Positions 26,550-37,103 of a DNA stretch of 64,000 nt are shown here, piece after piece. Below the pieces are notes generated by a model that saw only the letters and a program-made list of their open reading frames with translations, ran no database searches and was not told the DNA's origin. The number at the start of each line of letters is the position of its first letter. Position 1 is the stretch's first letter. This stretch comes from Planctomycetota bacterium. Lineage in GTDB: Bacteria > Planctomycetota > GCA-002687715 > CAIWVZ01. A program made the position numbers and the translations under genes. The DNA lies in assembly GCA_044222185.1 (NCBI GenBank), contig JBGANV010000003.1, forward strand, positions 544,001-608,000. The letters are read 5' to 3'.

Positions 26550-28214
26550 CTACCTCTCGCCCAGTCGCTCGAGCGCGGCCTTGGCGAACTGGTAGGGGTA
26601 GGTCTTGCCGGGCGACATGGCGACGCACTGGCGATATCCCTTGATGGCATCGGCCTTCTCGCCGGAGATCTCGTGGTACATGGCCTTCACGAAGGCGAGG
26701 TCGTTGGCGTGACGGTTCTCGACGGTGCCCGGCCGCGCCGTCGGGTCGGGTTGCGGCAGCCCTTCCCCGGTCGCGAGGAAGTTCGACGCGACGGAGGGGA
26801 AGTTGAGCTCCGGGTCTTTCTGGGGCCGAGGGCACGCTTCCCACGCGGCCACGGCGGCGTCGCGCTTGCCGTTGCGCAGCAACGCGATGCCCAGTTCGAA
26901 CGACGCGAGGATCCGATCATCGAGCGCCGCCGAACGATCGTCGACGAGATCCTGGAGGATCTCGACGGCCTGGACGTAGTTGCCGCGATGCAGCTGCACC
27001 GAACCCCGTACCTCTCGAACGCTCGACCTCTTCGGATCGACGTAACGCAGGATCTTCTCGATCTTCGCGAAGTCGGAAAGGCCGCACAGGAGTCTCACGC
27101 GCCACACCTGAAGATCCGTCGCGAACGCCGTCGTGGCCTGTCCGGCGAGGATTTCCAGCAGGTCGGCGCCTTCGCGGGCCTTGCCGTCCTCGGCGAGGGC
27201 GAGCGCGACGAAAGTCGCGACTCCACACTCCTGCTCGTCATCCACGGTGACGAACTGAGGGTTCACGAGGCACTGATCGAATCGGCGCCGCATGGCGTTG
27301 CACGCAAACCGCACGGTGTTCACCCCGGGATCGGACGGCCAGCGCTTCAGCGCGGCCTCGACCACCCGGTCAGCCTGGTCCAGCTGGCCCGCGGCGAACA
27401 TCGCATAGGCGAGGTCTTCCCTCAGCCCGGGGAAGTCGGGGTTGAGCTGGATCGCGGCGTTCAGCTCCGTGATCGCTGCCGGCACCTGCCCCGCCGAGAT
27501 CTGGGCACGCGCCAGGGTGGCATGCGCGATCCAACTCGTCGCGTCGGCCCGCACCGCCGCCTGGGCCTGCTGGACGGCGCCGGCCGCATTGCCCGCGTCG
27601 AGCGCCTGCCGTGACGCGTCGAGACACACCACGACGTCGTCTCGGACTCGCTCCATGCCACTCTCGCGCGCAGTGGCGCGCTCGCGCTGCTCCATGTACG
27701 TCACGCCTGCGACGGAAAGGATCGGCACGGTGAGCGCCATGGTGAACAGCGCGGTCCCCACACCTCCGAAGCCCGCGCGAGAGAGCGCTCTCTGATTGAC
27801 CCAAAGAGCCCAGGGCGTCCTGATGATTCCCCACGGCACGCCCCACCAACCCAGCAACGCCGAGATGAGCATGCGCTTGCGCCCCTGCCGCGCGATGCAT
27901 GGGCGACACAACGGCTGGTCGAATTTCCGCCACGTCGTGAGGACGAGGAAGCTCGTCACCTGTGCGAGCTCGACAGGCCGTGCGTTCTTCGCACCACACG
28001 CAGTGCAGTTGATGGGATTGGCGGCCGCCTTCTCTGCCGCCGCGGCGGCGAGAAGGAACGAGTCCACGGGAGTCCAGTTGTCCGTGCCCCGTGGAGCAAC
28101 TTCGGCGTCCGCGGCGAAGGCCTGCTGCTCGTGCATCGCCCGGATCTGTTCGAGGGGAAACGGTCCCATCCGCTCGCCGCCCTGGCGAACGCTGAATTGG
28201 ATTCCATCCTTCAT
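26550..28214 (-). CDS. Membrane protein with GYF_2-like N-terminus, Zn-ribbon, GWWG motif and TPR repeats
   Basis: GGERMGPFPLEQIRAM..WTPV (GYF_2-like), CTAC..LCRPC, LLGWWGVPWG, TM helix, several TPRs. Confidence 0.75.
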   Translation of the reverse strand: MKDGIQFSVRQGGERMGPFPLEQIRAMHEQQAFAADAEVAPRGTDNWTPVDSFLLAAAAAEKAAANPINCTACGAKNARPVELAQVTSFLVLTTWRKFDQPLCRPCIARQGRKRMLISALLGWWGVPWGIIRTPWALWVNQRALSRAGFGGVGTALFTMALTVPILSVAGVTYMEQRERATARESGMERVRDDVVVCLDASRQALDAGNAAGAVQQAQAAVRADATSWIAHATLARAQISAGQVPAAITELNAAIQLNPDFPGLREDLAYAMFAAGQLDQADRVVEAALKRWPSDPGVNTVRFACNAMRRRFDQCLVNPQFVTVDDEQECGVATFVALALAEDGKAREGADLLEILAGQATTAFATDLQVWRVRLLCGLSDFAKIEKILRYVDPKRSSVREVRGSVQLHRGNYVQAVEILQDLVDDRSAALDDRILASFELGIALLRNGKRDAAVAAWEACPRPQKDPELNFPSVASNFLATGEGLPQPDPTARPGTVENRHANDLAFVKAMYHEISGEKADAIKGYRQCVAMSPGKTYPYQFAKAALERLGER

Positions 28215-28288
28215 GAGTCTCTCTCCCTGACCGCATCCGCCTGCGATGCGCCCCCGGCGTCGAGCCGCCGCGGGATCGGAACCTCGCT

Positions 28289-29122
28289 ATGATCCGCGCC
28301 GCCATGACACGCGCTCACGAGACGCACGGAACGCTGGCCGGGGGAACGTCGCCCCTGGACCGCATCCGCATCGTCCTCGTGGAGCCGACGGGCCCGCGCA
28401 ACGTGGGCGCAGCCGCTCGCGTCATGAAGAACTTCGGCCTGCGCAGGCTCGTCGTCGTCAATGGTCCTCCGCTCGACCTCGCCGACTGCTGCGCGATGGC
28501 GGCGTCCGCCATCGACGTCCTTCATGGGGCCGAGACGCCGCCGACGCTCGCCGATGCGATCGCGGGCTGCGGCCTCGTGGTGGGAACCACGGGACGCGTT
28601 CGCGCACGGACGCCGGTTCGCTCGCCGCGCGAGTCCGCGCACGAGATCCTCCACTCCGCGTCCCAGACCGACGTCGCGATCCTCTTCGGTCGGGAGGACG
28701 ACGGCCTCCACATCGCTGAACTCCGCCTGTGCCAAAGCGTCCTGTCTATCGACACGGCCGCGGCCTACCGTTCACTGAACGTGGCCCAGGCGGTCGGCGT
28801 CGTTGCCCACGAGATCTTCTCCGTATCGGGCGTGGAAAGCGTGCGTGCACAGGGCCGGATCGGACGGTTCCTCGACGCGAATTGGCGAGGTCGTCTCGAG
28901 GACGAGATCTTCCGGACGATGGAATCGCTCGGCTCCGTCACACCGAGGACGAAAGACGCCATCAGGAACAGCGTTCGGCGCGTGCTGTCGGCGGGTCCCA
29001 TCCAGACCCGGGACGCCCGCGTCCTCTTCTCCCTGGCCCGGCGGGCGCGCGCCGCAGCGGAGTCCGCCGCGGCAAAACCGGCGAGACCGGAGGGAAAACC
29101 CGCGAAGCGGCGTCCCTCGTGA
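28289..29122 (+). CDS. TrmJ/LasT-family (SpoU) RNA methyltransferase
   Basis: IRIVLVEPTGPRNVGAAARVMKNFGL, ILFGREDDGL, YRSLNVAQAV; start may be slightly downstream. Confidence 0.88.
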   Translation: MIRAAMTRAHETHGTLAGGTSPLDRIRIVLVEPTGPRNVGAAARVMKNFGLRRLVVVNGPPLDLADCCAMAASAIDVLHGAETPPTLADAIAGCGLVVGTTGRVRARTPVRSPRESAHEILHSASQTDVAILFGREDDGLHIAELRLCQSVLSIDTAAAYRSLNVAQAVGVVAHEIFSVSGVESVRAQGRIGRFLDANWRGRLEDEIFRTMESLGSVTPRTKDAIRNSVRRVLSAGPIQTRDARVLFSLARRARAAAESAAAKPARPEGKPAKRRPS

Positions 29123-29213
29123 CGCGCGCGCGCCGCCGCGGCTACTGCCCGTCGATGGCGCTTGCTACGGTCGCAGCCCGTTCGAAATGGACACTTCGCT
29201 CGGGGCGACCAAC

Positions 29214-29684
29214 ATGCCAAAGGAGGTTTCCGGACACGCGCGCGGCGAGGGCCGACGGATCGCAATCGTCGTCTCCCGGTTCAATTCCGACGTCACCGAG
29301 CGGCTTCTCCAAGGGGCACTTCGGGGGCTGAAGAAGGCCGGCGTCGTCGACTCCGCGGTCACGGTGGCGCGGGTGCCTGGCGCGGTGGAGATTCCCCTCG
29401 CTGCGGCCAAGCTCGCCGAGGACGGACGATGCGATGCCATCGTCGCTCTCGGGGCCGTCATCCGGGGAGACACGAGCCATTACGACTACGTGTGCAAGAT
29501 CGTCGCCGACGGCGTGCTGCACGTCATGATGAGCACCGGCCGCCCCGTCGCATTCGGCGTACTCACGTGCGACACCGACGAGCAGGCGATGGCCCGGTCC
29601 GGGCCCGGCGACGACAACAAGGGCTTCGAGTCGGCGCTGGTCGCTCTCGAGATGGCCTCCCTCCTGGACGACATCCGCTCATGA
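29214..29684 (+). CDS. ribH: 6,7-dimethyl-8-ribityllumazine synthase
   Basis: IAIVVSRFN, VPGAVEIPL, LGAVIRGDTSHYDYV, FGVLTCD, NKG. Confidence 0.97.
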   Translation: MPKEVSGHARGEGRRIAIVVSRFNSDVTERLLQGALRGLKKAGVVDSAVTVARVPGAVEIPLAAAKLAEDGRCDAIVALGAVIRGDTSHYDYVCKIVADGVLHVMMSTGRPVAFGVLTCDTDEQAMARSGPGDDNKGFESALVALEMASLLDDIRS

Positions 29685-30160
29685 GCGACGTCACACGCAA
29701 GAACAAGCCGGGGCCGGGAAGCGGCGCCCGATCGCGCGGGCGCGAGCTGGCGCTCAAGTTCCTCTACGCGTTCGACGTGGGCAAGCAGGGCAGTCCGGAA
29801 GCGTTCGACGAACTCGCACTCAGCCAGGACGTGGGCGGCGTCGTCGTCGACTTCGCCCGACGTCTCGTCGATGGCGTGAAGCGCGATCGTGACGCCCTCG
29901 ACGCTCAGATCACCGGTCTCGCGAAGAACTGGAAGCTCTCGCGCATGGCGGTCATCGACCGCAACATCCTTCGCCTGGGTGCCTGGGAGCTGCTGAACAT
30001 GACGGAGACGCCACCGAGCGTCGTCATCAACGAAGCCATCGAGCTCGGCAAGGCCTTCAGCACGGCCCAGTCGAGCAAGTTCATCAACGGAATACTGGAC
30101 AAGATCCGCGCGTCGATCCCCGGTGCGGGCGACGGTACGGACAAGAAGCCCGAGGGTTGA
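29681..30160 (+). CDS. nusB: Transcription antitermination factor NusB
   Basis: RSRGRELALKFLY, WKLSRMAVIDRNILRLG, VVINEAIELGKAFS, FINGILDKI; ATG overlaps the ribH stop. Confidence 0.96.
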   Translation: MSDVTRKNKPGPGSGARSRGRELALKFLYAFDVGKQGSPEAFDELALSQDVGGVVVDFARRLVDGVKRDRDALDAQITGLAKNWKLSRMAVIDRNILRLGAWELLNMTETPPSVVINEAIELGKAFSTAQSSKFINGILDKIRASIPGAGDGTDKKPEG

Positions 30161-30163
30161 CCC

Positions 30164-31111
30164 GTGTTCGGCAAGCTGAAGGCACTCACCGAGAAACTGA
30201 AGGACGGTCTCAAGAAGACCAAGGACAAGCTCGTCGGCGGGCTCCGCGCCATCATGCCGTTCGGGCGGAACCTGGACGACGACCTCATCGAACAGATGGA
30301 GGAGTACCTCTTCACGGCCGACATCGGGCCGAAGACCGTGAAGAAGATCATGGACGCCGTGCGGCTCGCCTACAAAGAACGCCGCATCAAGACGACGGAC
30401 GAATGCTTCGCCTTCTTGAAGCAGTTCCTGAAGCAGATGCTCGCGGGTGACGGCAAGGGGCTGCGACGCGCGCCCTCCGGTCCGACCGTGATCATGGTCG
30501 CGGGCGTGAACGGTTCGGGAAAGACGACGTCGATCGCCAAGCTCACGAACCGACTGAAGAAGGACGGCAGCGTTCTGCTCGCCGCGTCCGACACGTTCCG
30601 CGCCGCTGCCGTCGATCAGCTCGCGCTGTGGAGCGAGCGCCTCGGAGTGAAGATCATTCGCCAGGCGACGGGCTCCGATCCCGCGGCCGTGGCCTACGAC
30701 GCCGCCGAAGCCGCGGTCGCGCGAAGCGTCGACTTCCTCGTCGTGGACACGGCGGGCCGGCTCCACACGCAGGAAAACCTCATGAAGGAGCTCGAGAAGA
30801 TCAAGCGGGTCATCCAGAAGAAGATCCCGGATGCGCCGCACGAAACGCTCCTCGTCCTGGACGGCACCACGGGTCAGAACGCGATCAACCAGGCACTCGA
30901 GTTCGGCAAGATCCTGAACATCACGGGGATCTTCCTCACGAAGCTGGATGGAACGGCGAAGGGCGGGGCCGTCATCGGCATCCGCGACCAGGTCGACATC
31001 CCCATCAAGTTCATCGGCGTCGGCGAGAAGGCGGAGGACATCGAGGACTTCGACCCCGAAGCCTTCGTCGAGGCCTTGTTCGAGACTCCGGAGGGCGCAG
31101 CGAAGAGCTGA
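30164..31111 (+). CDS. ftsY: SRP receptor FtsY
   Basis: GVNGSGKTTSIAKL, DTFRAAA, DTAGRLH, TKLDGTAKGG, IGVGE. Confidence 0.97.
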   Translation: MFGKLKALTEKLKDGLKKTKDKLVGGLRAIMPFGRNLDDDLIEQMEEYLFTADIGPKTVKKIMDAVRLAYKERRIKTTDECFAFLKQFLKQMLAGDGKGLRRAPSGPTVIMVAGVNGSGKTTSIAKLTNRLKKDGSVLLAASDTFRAAAVDQLALWSERLGVKIIRQATGSDPAAVAYDAAEAAVARSVDFLVVDTAGRLHTQENLMKELEKIKRVIQKKIPDAPHETLLVLDGTTGQNAINQALEFGKILNITGIFLTKLDGTAKGGAVIGIRDQVDIPIKFIGVGEKAEDIEDFDPEAFVEALFETPEGAAKS

Positions 31112-31141
31112 CGCGAGCGAGCGAACGAACCGGACGGCGCC

Positions 31142-33550
31142 ATGCGATTCATCGCACTCCTCATCCTGATCGGCGCCGTCCCCCTCGTCTGGGCGCCGGG
31201 TTTCAACGAGGAGTTCGTCGTCCCCCGGGAGGCCTTCGTCCTCGCGATCCTCGCACCCGTCGCGGCCTTCTGCTGGTGGCGCGACGACGGCGCGCGGCGG
31301 TCGGCCCGAATGCCGTTACTCGCACTCCTCGTCGCGCTCGTCGGCGGCCTCGTCCCGCATCTCGTCGGGGTCCTCGATCCATACGGGTTCGCGCGCTTCG
31401 TGCGGCTCGTGAGCATCGCCGCGGCTCTCGTGATCGCGGGCGCGGGTGTCGGCGGGTTCTCGAACGGCGGCCGGTGGCTCGTCGTCACGCTCGGCCTGTC
31501 GTCCGTCCCCGTGCTCGTCGTCGGATTGGTGCGGCGCCACCTCGGATGGCCCGCCCTCCTCCCGGACCGGCCTGACGTCGCTCTCGGATCCACGCTCGGC
31601 AACAGCAACGCACTCGGCGAGACGTTTGCGCCGATCCTCATGGCGGCGATCGCCATGGCCCTCGCGCGTGCGCCGCGGACGACGCGAGTCCTCTCCGCCG
31701 TGGGCGCCGTGGGCTCGGCGGCGCTGGTGGCGCTCTCCCAGTCACGCGGCGCATGGCTCGCGTGCGCGGTCTCCGGCGTGGTCGCCATCACCCTCTGGGT
31801 CCGTGATGCCGCGCAACGCGACCAGCAGGCGCGGCCGGGTCCCGTCGCTCGGGCCGCCCTCGCTCTGGCGGCGATCGGCGTCGTGGCGTGCACGCTGGCG
31901 TGGCTGCCCGCCGCGGGCCCGCTCCGCGAGCGCATCGCATCCACGTTCTCTCCCGATCACCCGACGAATCTCGTGCGGCTCTCGACATGGCGCGGAACCC
32001 TGCCCGTGATCGGGGACTCGTTCCCAACCGGTGTCGGCGGCGGTGGATTCGAGCGGGCGTTCCTCCCCCACCGCGACACTCCGGAATGGCTCCTGTCGGG
32101 CATCGACACGCGCGTCGACAACCCACACCAGGAGTTCCTGTGGATCACGGCCGAGGCGGGCCTGCTCGGACTCGCGGCGCTCCTCTGGCTCGCGGCACTC
32201 GCCCTGCGGCGTGCACGCACACCCGCCATCGGAGAGCCCGAGCTGCGCCGCGCGCTGCTGCTCGGGGGCATCGCGTTCGGGGTGGTCGCCTGCGTGCGGT
32301 CGCCGCTCCATCACGCCGGTGGAGCCCTCGCGGTCGCGGCGCTGATAGGAGCCGTGGGACCCCGCGGCCCCGGGCGCGGAGGGCTCCGCGTCGTCGACGG
32401 GCTCGCGTTGGCGCTGCTCGCGCTCGCGGCGGCGATCGCTCTCCTGAACGCGCGCGAAGATCGTGCCCTGGGGAGCGCCGTCGACGCTCTCAACACGGCC
32501 AAGGGAGCGCTCCACGCGGCCCGGACCGAGCTTGCGCGCGACTCGATTCTCGAGGCGGGCCGTGGCATCCGCGGCATGCGTCAGGCGGTCGTGAAGGACT
32601 TCGCCCGCTCGTTCCGCGCCTCGCTCGCGGCCGGCGAACTGGCGGAGGCTCGCACGGCGATGGCCGCGGCCGGCATCCCGCAGGAGACGTTCGCCGACCT
32701 CCCGACGCTGGACGATGCACGGGCGTTGCTCGAAGAGACGCTGGCACTTTGTCCGAACCACCCAGGGGCGACGAATCAGCTCGCGCGGCTCTGGCTCAGT
32801 CAGGGGTCGACGGCTCAGGCCGTCTCGATCCTGCGTGACGCCATCGAACATCTCCCGAATGCGCCCCGCTTCCGTCACAACCTCGCAGCGATCTACGGGA
32901 TGGCCGATCTGCAATCGGACGCCTTCGACTGGATGCAGCAGGAGCTGAATCTCCAAGGCGCCCACCCCGTCGAAGACCGGCTCGCCCTGTGGAGCTTCGC
33001 GCTCGCGCTGGGCAGCGAACCGCGACACTTCGGCAGGTACCTCGTGCCCATCGAATCCGTGAGCACGACGGACGACGTGCTGGATGCCGCCGCTGGCGCC
33101 GTGAGCGCCGGTCAGACGACGGACGCACGCGCACGGCTCCTCGAACACGTCTATCTGCACCCCGGTGACGGTCGCGTTCTCGCACGGCTCGCCGAGGTCG
33201 ATTTCGCGGCCGGGCAGAGGCAGTCGGACACCGCCATCCTCACGGAAGCGAACCGGGCTTTTGCGCGCTCGCGCGTCCGTTTTGCGGTTCAGGCGGAAGC
33301 CGACGGCGATCACGAGCAGGCCGAGGTGTATTTGAAGCTCGCGCTGCAGAAGGATGCGAACCTCCTCGATGCGCTGTTTCTCCGTGCGCGCGTGCTCACC
33401 CGCCTCGACCGCATGGACGATGCCATGACTTCGTTGAAGCGCATGCTCGACCGAGGCGTGGCACCCGCCGACCTGCGCACGCTCATCATCAACGACGCGG
33501 TGTTGAACCCTCGCTACGCCGACAAGCGATTCTCCGCTCTCGGCATCTGA
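31142..33550 (+). CDS. O-antigen ligase (Wzy_C)-family membrane protein with C-terminal TPR repeats
   Basis: STLGNSNALG, SQSRGAWLA, RLSTWRGTL, GVGGGGF, NPHQEFLWITAEAGLLG, followed by TPRs. Confidence 0.8.
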   Translation: MRFIALLILIGAVPLVWAPGFNEEFVVPREAFVLAILAPVAAFCWWRDDGARRSARMPLLALLVALVGGLVPHLVGVLDPYGFARFVRLVSIAAALVIAGAGVGGFSNGGRWLVVTLGLSSVPVLVVGLVRRHLGWPALLPDRPDVALGSTLGNSNALGETFAPILMAAIAMALARAPRTTRVLSAVGAVGSAALVALSQSRGAWLACAVSGVVAITLWVRDAAQRDQQARPGPVARAALALAAIGVVACTLAWLPAAGPLRERIASTFSPDHPTNLVRLSTWRGTLPVIGDSFPTGVGGGGFERAFLPHRDTPEWLLSGIDTRVDNPHQEFLWITAEAGLLGLAALLWLAALALRRARTPAIGEPELRRALLLGGIAFGVVACVRSPLHHAGGALAVAALIGAVGPRGPGRGGLRVVDGLALALLALAAAIALLNAREDRALGSAVDALNTAKGALHAARTELARDSILEAGRGIRGMRQAVVKDFARSFRASLAAGELAEARTAMAAAGIPQETFADLPTLDDARALLEETLALCPNHPGATNQLARLWLSQGSTAQAVSILRDAIEHLPNAPRFRHNLAAIYGMADLQSDAFDWMQQELNLQGAHPVEDRLALWSFALALGSEPRHFGRYLVPIESVSTTDDVLDAAAGAVSAGQTTDARARLLEHVYLHPGDGRVLARLAEVDFAAGQRQSDTAILTEANRAFARSRVRFAVQAEADGDHEQAEVYLKLALQKDANLLDALFLRARVLTRLDRMDDAMTSLKRMLDRGVAPADLRTLIINDAVLNPRYADKRFSALGI

Positions 33551-33803
33551 AGAGCCGCGGAGCTCGCGATGCCCGCTCCCGCGTGAGCGCTCGACCGGTC
33601 GACGGCGATTCGCTCCGTCGGGGCGCGTGCCGGTGGGCACGAATGCGCGTTCCCGCTCGGCAGCCCCGTTCGGATTTCATGTCAGACGGACTCAGGTCGC
33701 GCCAATAGAAGGACGGCGGGGCGCAATTGGCTCTCCGCCACGGCGGTTTTCGTCCGCGACTCGACTGGCGGCCGGCAAAGCCGCCCGAGGTACACTCCCG
33801 TGA

Positions 33804-34391
33804 ATGCAGCCGCAGGTCTCGACACACGCGAGCCTCCTGATCCGACTCAGGGAAGGCCACGATTCCGTCGCCTGGGGCGAGTTCCACCGCCGCTACTCCG
33901 AGCTGCTCATCGCCTTCGCGAAGAGGCGCGGCCTGCAGGCGGCAGACGCGGAAGACGTGGCACAGGAGACCCTTCACGCCATCGCGCGCGGGATCCCGGA
34001 GTTCGCCTACGACCCTGGAAGGGGGCGATTCCGCAACTACCTGAAGACGGTGGCGATCCGAGCCATCTGGCGCCGCATGCGGGACAACGCCGCCGCACCC
34101 CAGCCGCTCGACGACGGGAATCCGACCGCGCTGGATTCGGACGCGGCCGTCGAGAACGAGTGGGAAGCGGAGTGGCGCCAACATCACCTACGACTCGCGA
34201 TGACCCGCGTCCGGCAGGAGTTCAACCGCACGGATCTGGAGGCGTTCGAAGCCGTGGCGGGCACGGGGCGGGAAGCCGCCTCGGTCGCGGCCGAACTCGG
34301 ACTGAGCGTCGACCAGGTCTACAAGGCGAAGTCGCGGATCATCCAGCGGCTGAAGGCCCTCGTCGCCGAGCAGACGAACGAGGAAGGCTGA
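33804..34391 (+). CDS. ECF RNA polymerase sigma factor
   Basis: STHASLLIRLR..AWGEFHRRY, DAEDVAQET, YDPGRGRFRNYL, VAAELGLSVDQVYKAKSRI. Confidence 0.93.
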   Translation: MQPQVSTHASLLIRLREGHDSVAWGEFHRRYSELLIAFAKRRGLQAADAEDVAQETLHAIARGIPEFAYDPGRGRFRNYLKTVAIRAIWRRMRDNAAAPQPLDDGNPTALDSDAAVENEWEAEWRQHHLRLAMTRVRQEFNRTDLEAFEAVAGTGREAASVAAELGLSVDQVYKAKSRIIQRLKALVAEQTNEEG

Positions 34392-34413
34392 CCCCAGCCG
34401 AGGTGGCCGCGCC

Positions 34414-36960
34414 ATGGAGGTGAGCTCAACGTTCGGATGGTTCGAAGACGAGACCGTCTTGACGAACGAGCTTCGGACACACTTCGCGAACCGCGAAGCC
34501 GCGCCCGACGTCGCGGGCTACGAGAACCTCCGAGAGATCGGTCGCGGCGGCCAGGGAATCGTCTACGCGGGAATCCAGGTTTCCACGCGCCGGCTGGTTG
34601 CCGTGAAGGTCCTGCGCGACCCCGCAACGGGATCCGCCGCGGCCCGACGCCGGTTCGAGCGCGAGATCGACGTGGTCGGCTCGCTGCATCATCCGGGGAT
34701 CGTGAGCATCCACGATGGCGGCATCACCTCGGACGGGCGACCGTTCGTCGTGATGGAGCTGATCGACGGCGACCCCATCGATCAGTGCGGCCCGGTGCTC
34801 GCCCTGCGCGCGCACCCCGATCGGGACGGCCTCGTCGCCGTCATCACGCTGTTCGCCGAGGTCTGCGACGCGGTTCAGTACGCGCACCAGCACGGCGTGA
34901 TCCACCGGGATCTGAAACCCGGCAACCTGCGCGTCGATCGCGACGGTCGGGCGTGCGTGCTCGACTTCGGCCTCGCGAAGGCGCCCAACGCGGGCCCCGG
35001 CGTCACGGCGACGGGCACGGGACGTTTCGTCGGATCGCTCCCCTGGGCCAGTCCCGAACAGGCCGCGGGCGACCCCGATGCGATCGACGTGCGCACCGAC
35101 GTGTACGGGCTCGGCATGGTCCTCTACAACCTCCTCACCGGTGGGCTGCCCTTCGACGCATCCGGTTCGACGCGCGACGTCCTCGAGAAGATCGCGCTCG
35201 CGCCGCCCAACGCACCGAGCCGCCTCTGCCCGGTCATCGATCACGATCTCGAAACGGTCATGCTGCGCGCCATCGCCAAGGAGGCAGCGCGCCGGTACGC
35301 CTCGGCCGGGGCCTTCGTGGAGGATCTCCGCCGCTGGATCCGGCGGGAGCCCGTCGAGGCGCGGCGCGATTCGGCGCTCTACATGATCCGTGCGACGGCG
35401 CGGCGTCATCGGGCTGCCGTGGCGTCCGCCGCCGTGATCTTCATCGCCACGGTCGCCGCGCTCGTGGTCTCGCTCTCCGCGTTGACCACGGCGCGAGAGG
35501 AGCGGACACGCGCGACCGAGGAAGCAAAGGCCGCCGAGAGCGCGTTCGAGTTCCTCGTGAAGACGCTGGGCGTGGCCGATCCCGATCAGGTCGGCCGCGA
35601 AGCGAAGATCGTCGACGCCGTCGACCGCGCCGCAGCGACCGTGGAAGAGCGGTTTGCCGATCAACCGGCGCTGCGGATCCGCATGCACGCCGCGCTCTGC
35701 GACCTCTACTCGCGACTTGGCCGGCTGGCGGATGCCGAACGCGAGTCGCGACTCGCCGTCGACCAGATGGCCACTTCTGCCCCCGAGGACGCCCCCGAGC
35801 GGCTCGCACTCGAAAGCGAGCACGCGCTCGCCATGCACCGCATCGGGCAGACTGCGGAGGCGGCCCCGATCCTCCGTCGCGTCCTGAAGCTGCAGGAACG
35901 AGGCGGGCCCGCGCTCGAGGCCGCTGCGCTGAAGACCGCCGACCACCTCGCCAACGTGCTCGTCGCACTCGACCGATACGACGAGGCGTTGACCCTCGTC
36001 ACGGACGTCGGCGAACGAGCGAGTCATCAGCTGGCTCCCGGCGACGAAGTCCGACTGGGCCTCGAAGAGAGCCGCGCGGTCGCGCTCCGACGAACGGGGC
36101 GGCTCGAAGAGGCCGAGCACGCCTACCGCGAAGTGTGCGCGCATCGCGAGCAGTATCTCGGCGCGGACCACACGGAGACGCTCACCTGCTGGGGCAACCT
36201 GGCCGTGCTCTTGATGGACCGCGGCAGGCATCGAGACGCCGAGGCGATCCAGCGCCAAACCCTCGCCGTCTGCCGGACGAAGTACGGTCCCGAGCACGAC
36301 ATGACTCTCACCGCCGCCGCCAACCTCGCGACGACGTTGAACGCGCTCCACGAGCTGAGCGAAGCCCACGAACTCATGGTGGAGACTCTCGCCATACGGG
36401 AGCGCGTGCTCGGGGCTGAGCATCCCAACACGGTGACGCTGATGTCGAATCTCGCCTCGCTCGAGCTCGACCTCGGCAACTCGGACGCGGCGGAGAAGCT
36501 CCAGCTGCGCATCCTGGAGATCCGCAAGCGCCGCCTGGCCCCCGATCACACGGACACGCTGATCACGTTGAACAACATCGCCGGGCTGTACGGCAAGCTC
36601 GGCCGCCACGAGGAAGCCGCGGTCTACTACGAGGCGGCAGTGGAGGGCGCGAATCGCGCGCTCCGGCCCGACCACTGGATCTCCGCTCTCTTCAGCGCGA
36701 ACTTCGCGCGCACACTCGCGAAGCTCGAGAAGTTCGCCGAGAGCGAGACGAGACAGCTCGCCGCGCGGCAGGTGCTCGTCGCCAAGCTCGGCCCGCAGCA
36801 CGCCTACTCCGAGGTGTCGCGCAAGTACCTCATCGAGCTGTATGACCTCTGGAAGAAGCCCGCGGAGGCGGCGCGCTGGCGCGATCCTGCCGCATCGCGA
36901 CCTGCGACGGATTCGTCGCCGGCATCCGAGAGCCGCCCTTCCACGCGCCCCGGCGGCTGA
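34414..36960 (+). CDS. Ser/Thr kinase with TM helix and kinesin-light-chain-like TPR repeats
   Basis: GRGGQGIVY, VAVK, HRDLKPGN, DFGLAK, WASPEQ; repeats LGADHTETL, LGAEHPNT, LAPDHTDTL. Confidence 0.93.
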   Translation: MEVSSTFGWFEDETVLTNELRTHFANREAAPDVAGYENLREIGRGGQGIVYAGIQVSTRRLVAVKVLRDPATGSAAARRRFEREIDVVGSLHHPGIVSIHDGGITSDGRPFVVMELIDGDPIDQCGPVLALRAHPDRDGLVAVITLFAEVCDAVQYAHQHGVIHRDLKPGNLRVDRDGRACVLDFGLAKAPNAGPGVTATGTGRFVGSLPWASPEQAAGDPDAIDVRTDVYGLGMVLYNLLTGGLPFDASGSTRDVLEKIALAPPNAPSRLCPVIDHDLETVMLRAIAKEAARRYASAGAFVEDLRRWIRREPVEARRDSALYMIRATARRHRAAVASAAVIFIATVAALVVSLSALTTAREERTRATEEAKAAESAFEFLVKTLGVADPDQVGREAKIVDAVDRAAATVEERFADQPALRIRMHAALCDLYSRLGRLADAERESRLAVDQMATSAPEDAPERLALESEHALAMHRIGQTAEAAPILRRVLKLQERGGPALEAAALKTADHLANVLVALDRYDEALTLVTDVGERASHQLAPGDEVRLGLEESRAVALRRTGRLEEAEHAYREVCAHREQYLGADHTETLTCWGNLAVLLMDRGRHRDAEAIQRQTLAVCRTKYGPEHDMTLTAAANLATTLNALHELSEAHELMVETLAIRERVLGAEHPNTVTLMSNLASLELDLGNSDAAEKLQLRILEIRKRRLAPDHTDTLITLNNIAGLYGKLGRHEEAAVYYEAAVEGANRALRPDHWISALFSANFARTLAKLEKFAESETRQLAARQVLVAKLGPQHAYSEVSRKYLIELYDLWKKPAEAARWRDPAASRPATDSSPASESRPSTRPGG

Positions 36961-37074
36961 TCGCGTTGCCGTCGCAGGTGCCGTCGTCTGCGACCGAGAT
37001 GCGCTCTCCCTCGCAGGCCTCGCCGTGCATCGAACGGCCGGGTCAGCTCTTGTTCGTAAACCATCTCCCTCGCG

Positions 37075-37103
37075 TTGACTTCGTTTCGCGCGTCGGCCAT
37101 GAC
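37075..37103 (+). promoter_or_regulatory. Candidate sigma70 promoter for the benzoyl-CoA operon
   Basis: TTGACT-N17-CATGAC, about 40 nt upstream of the had start and its AAGGAG RBS. Confidence 0.3.
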
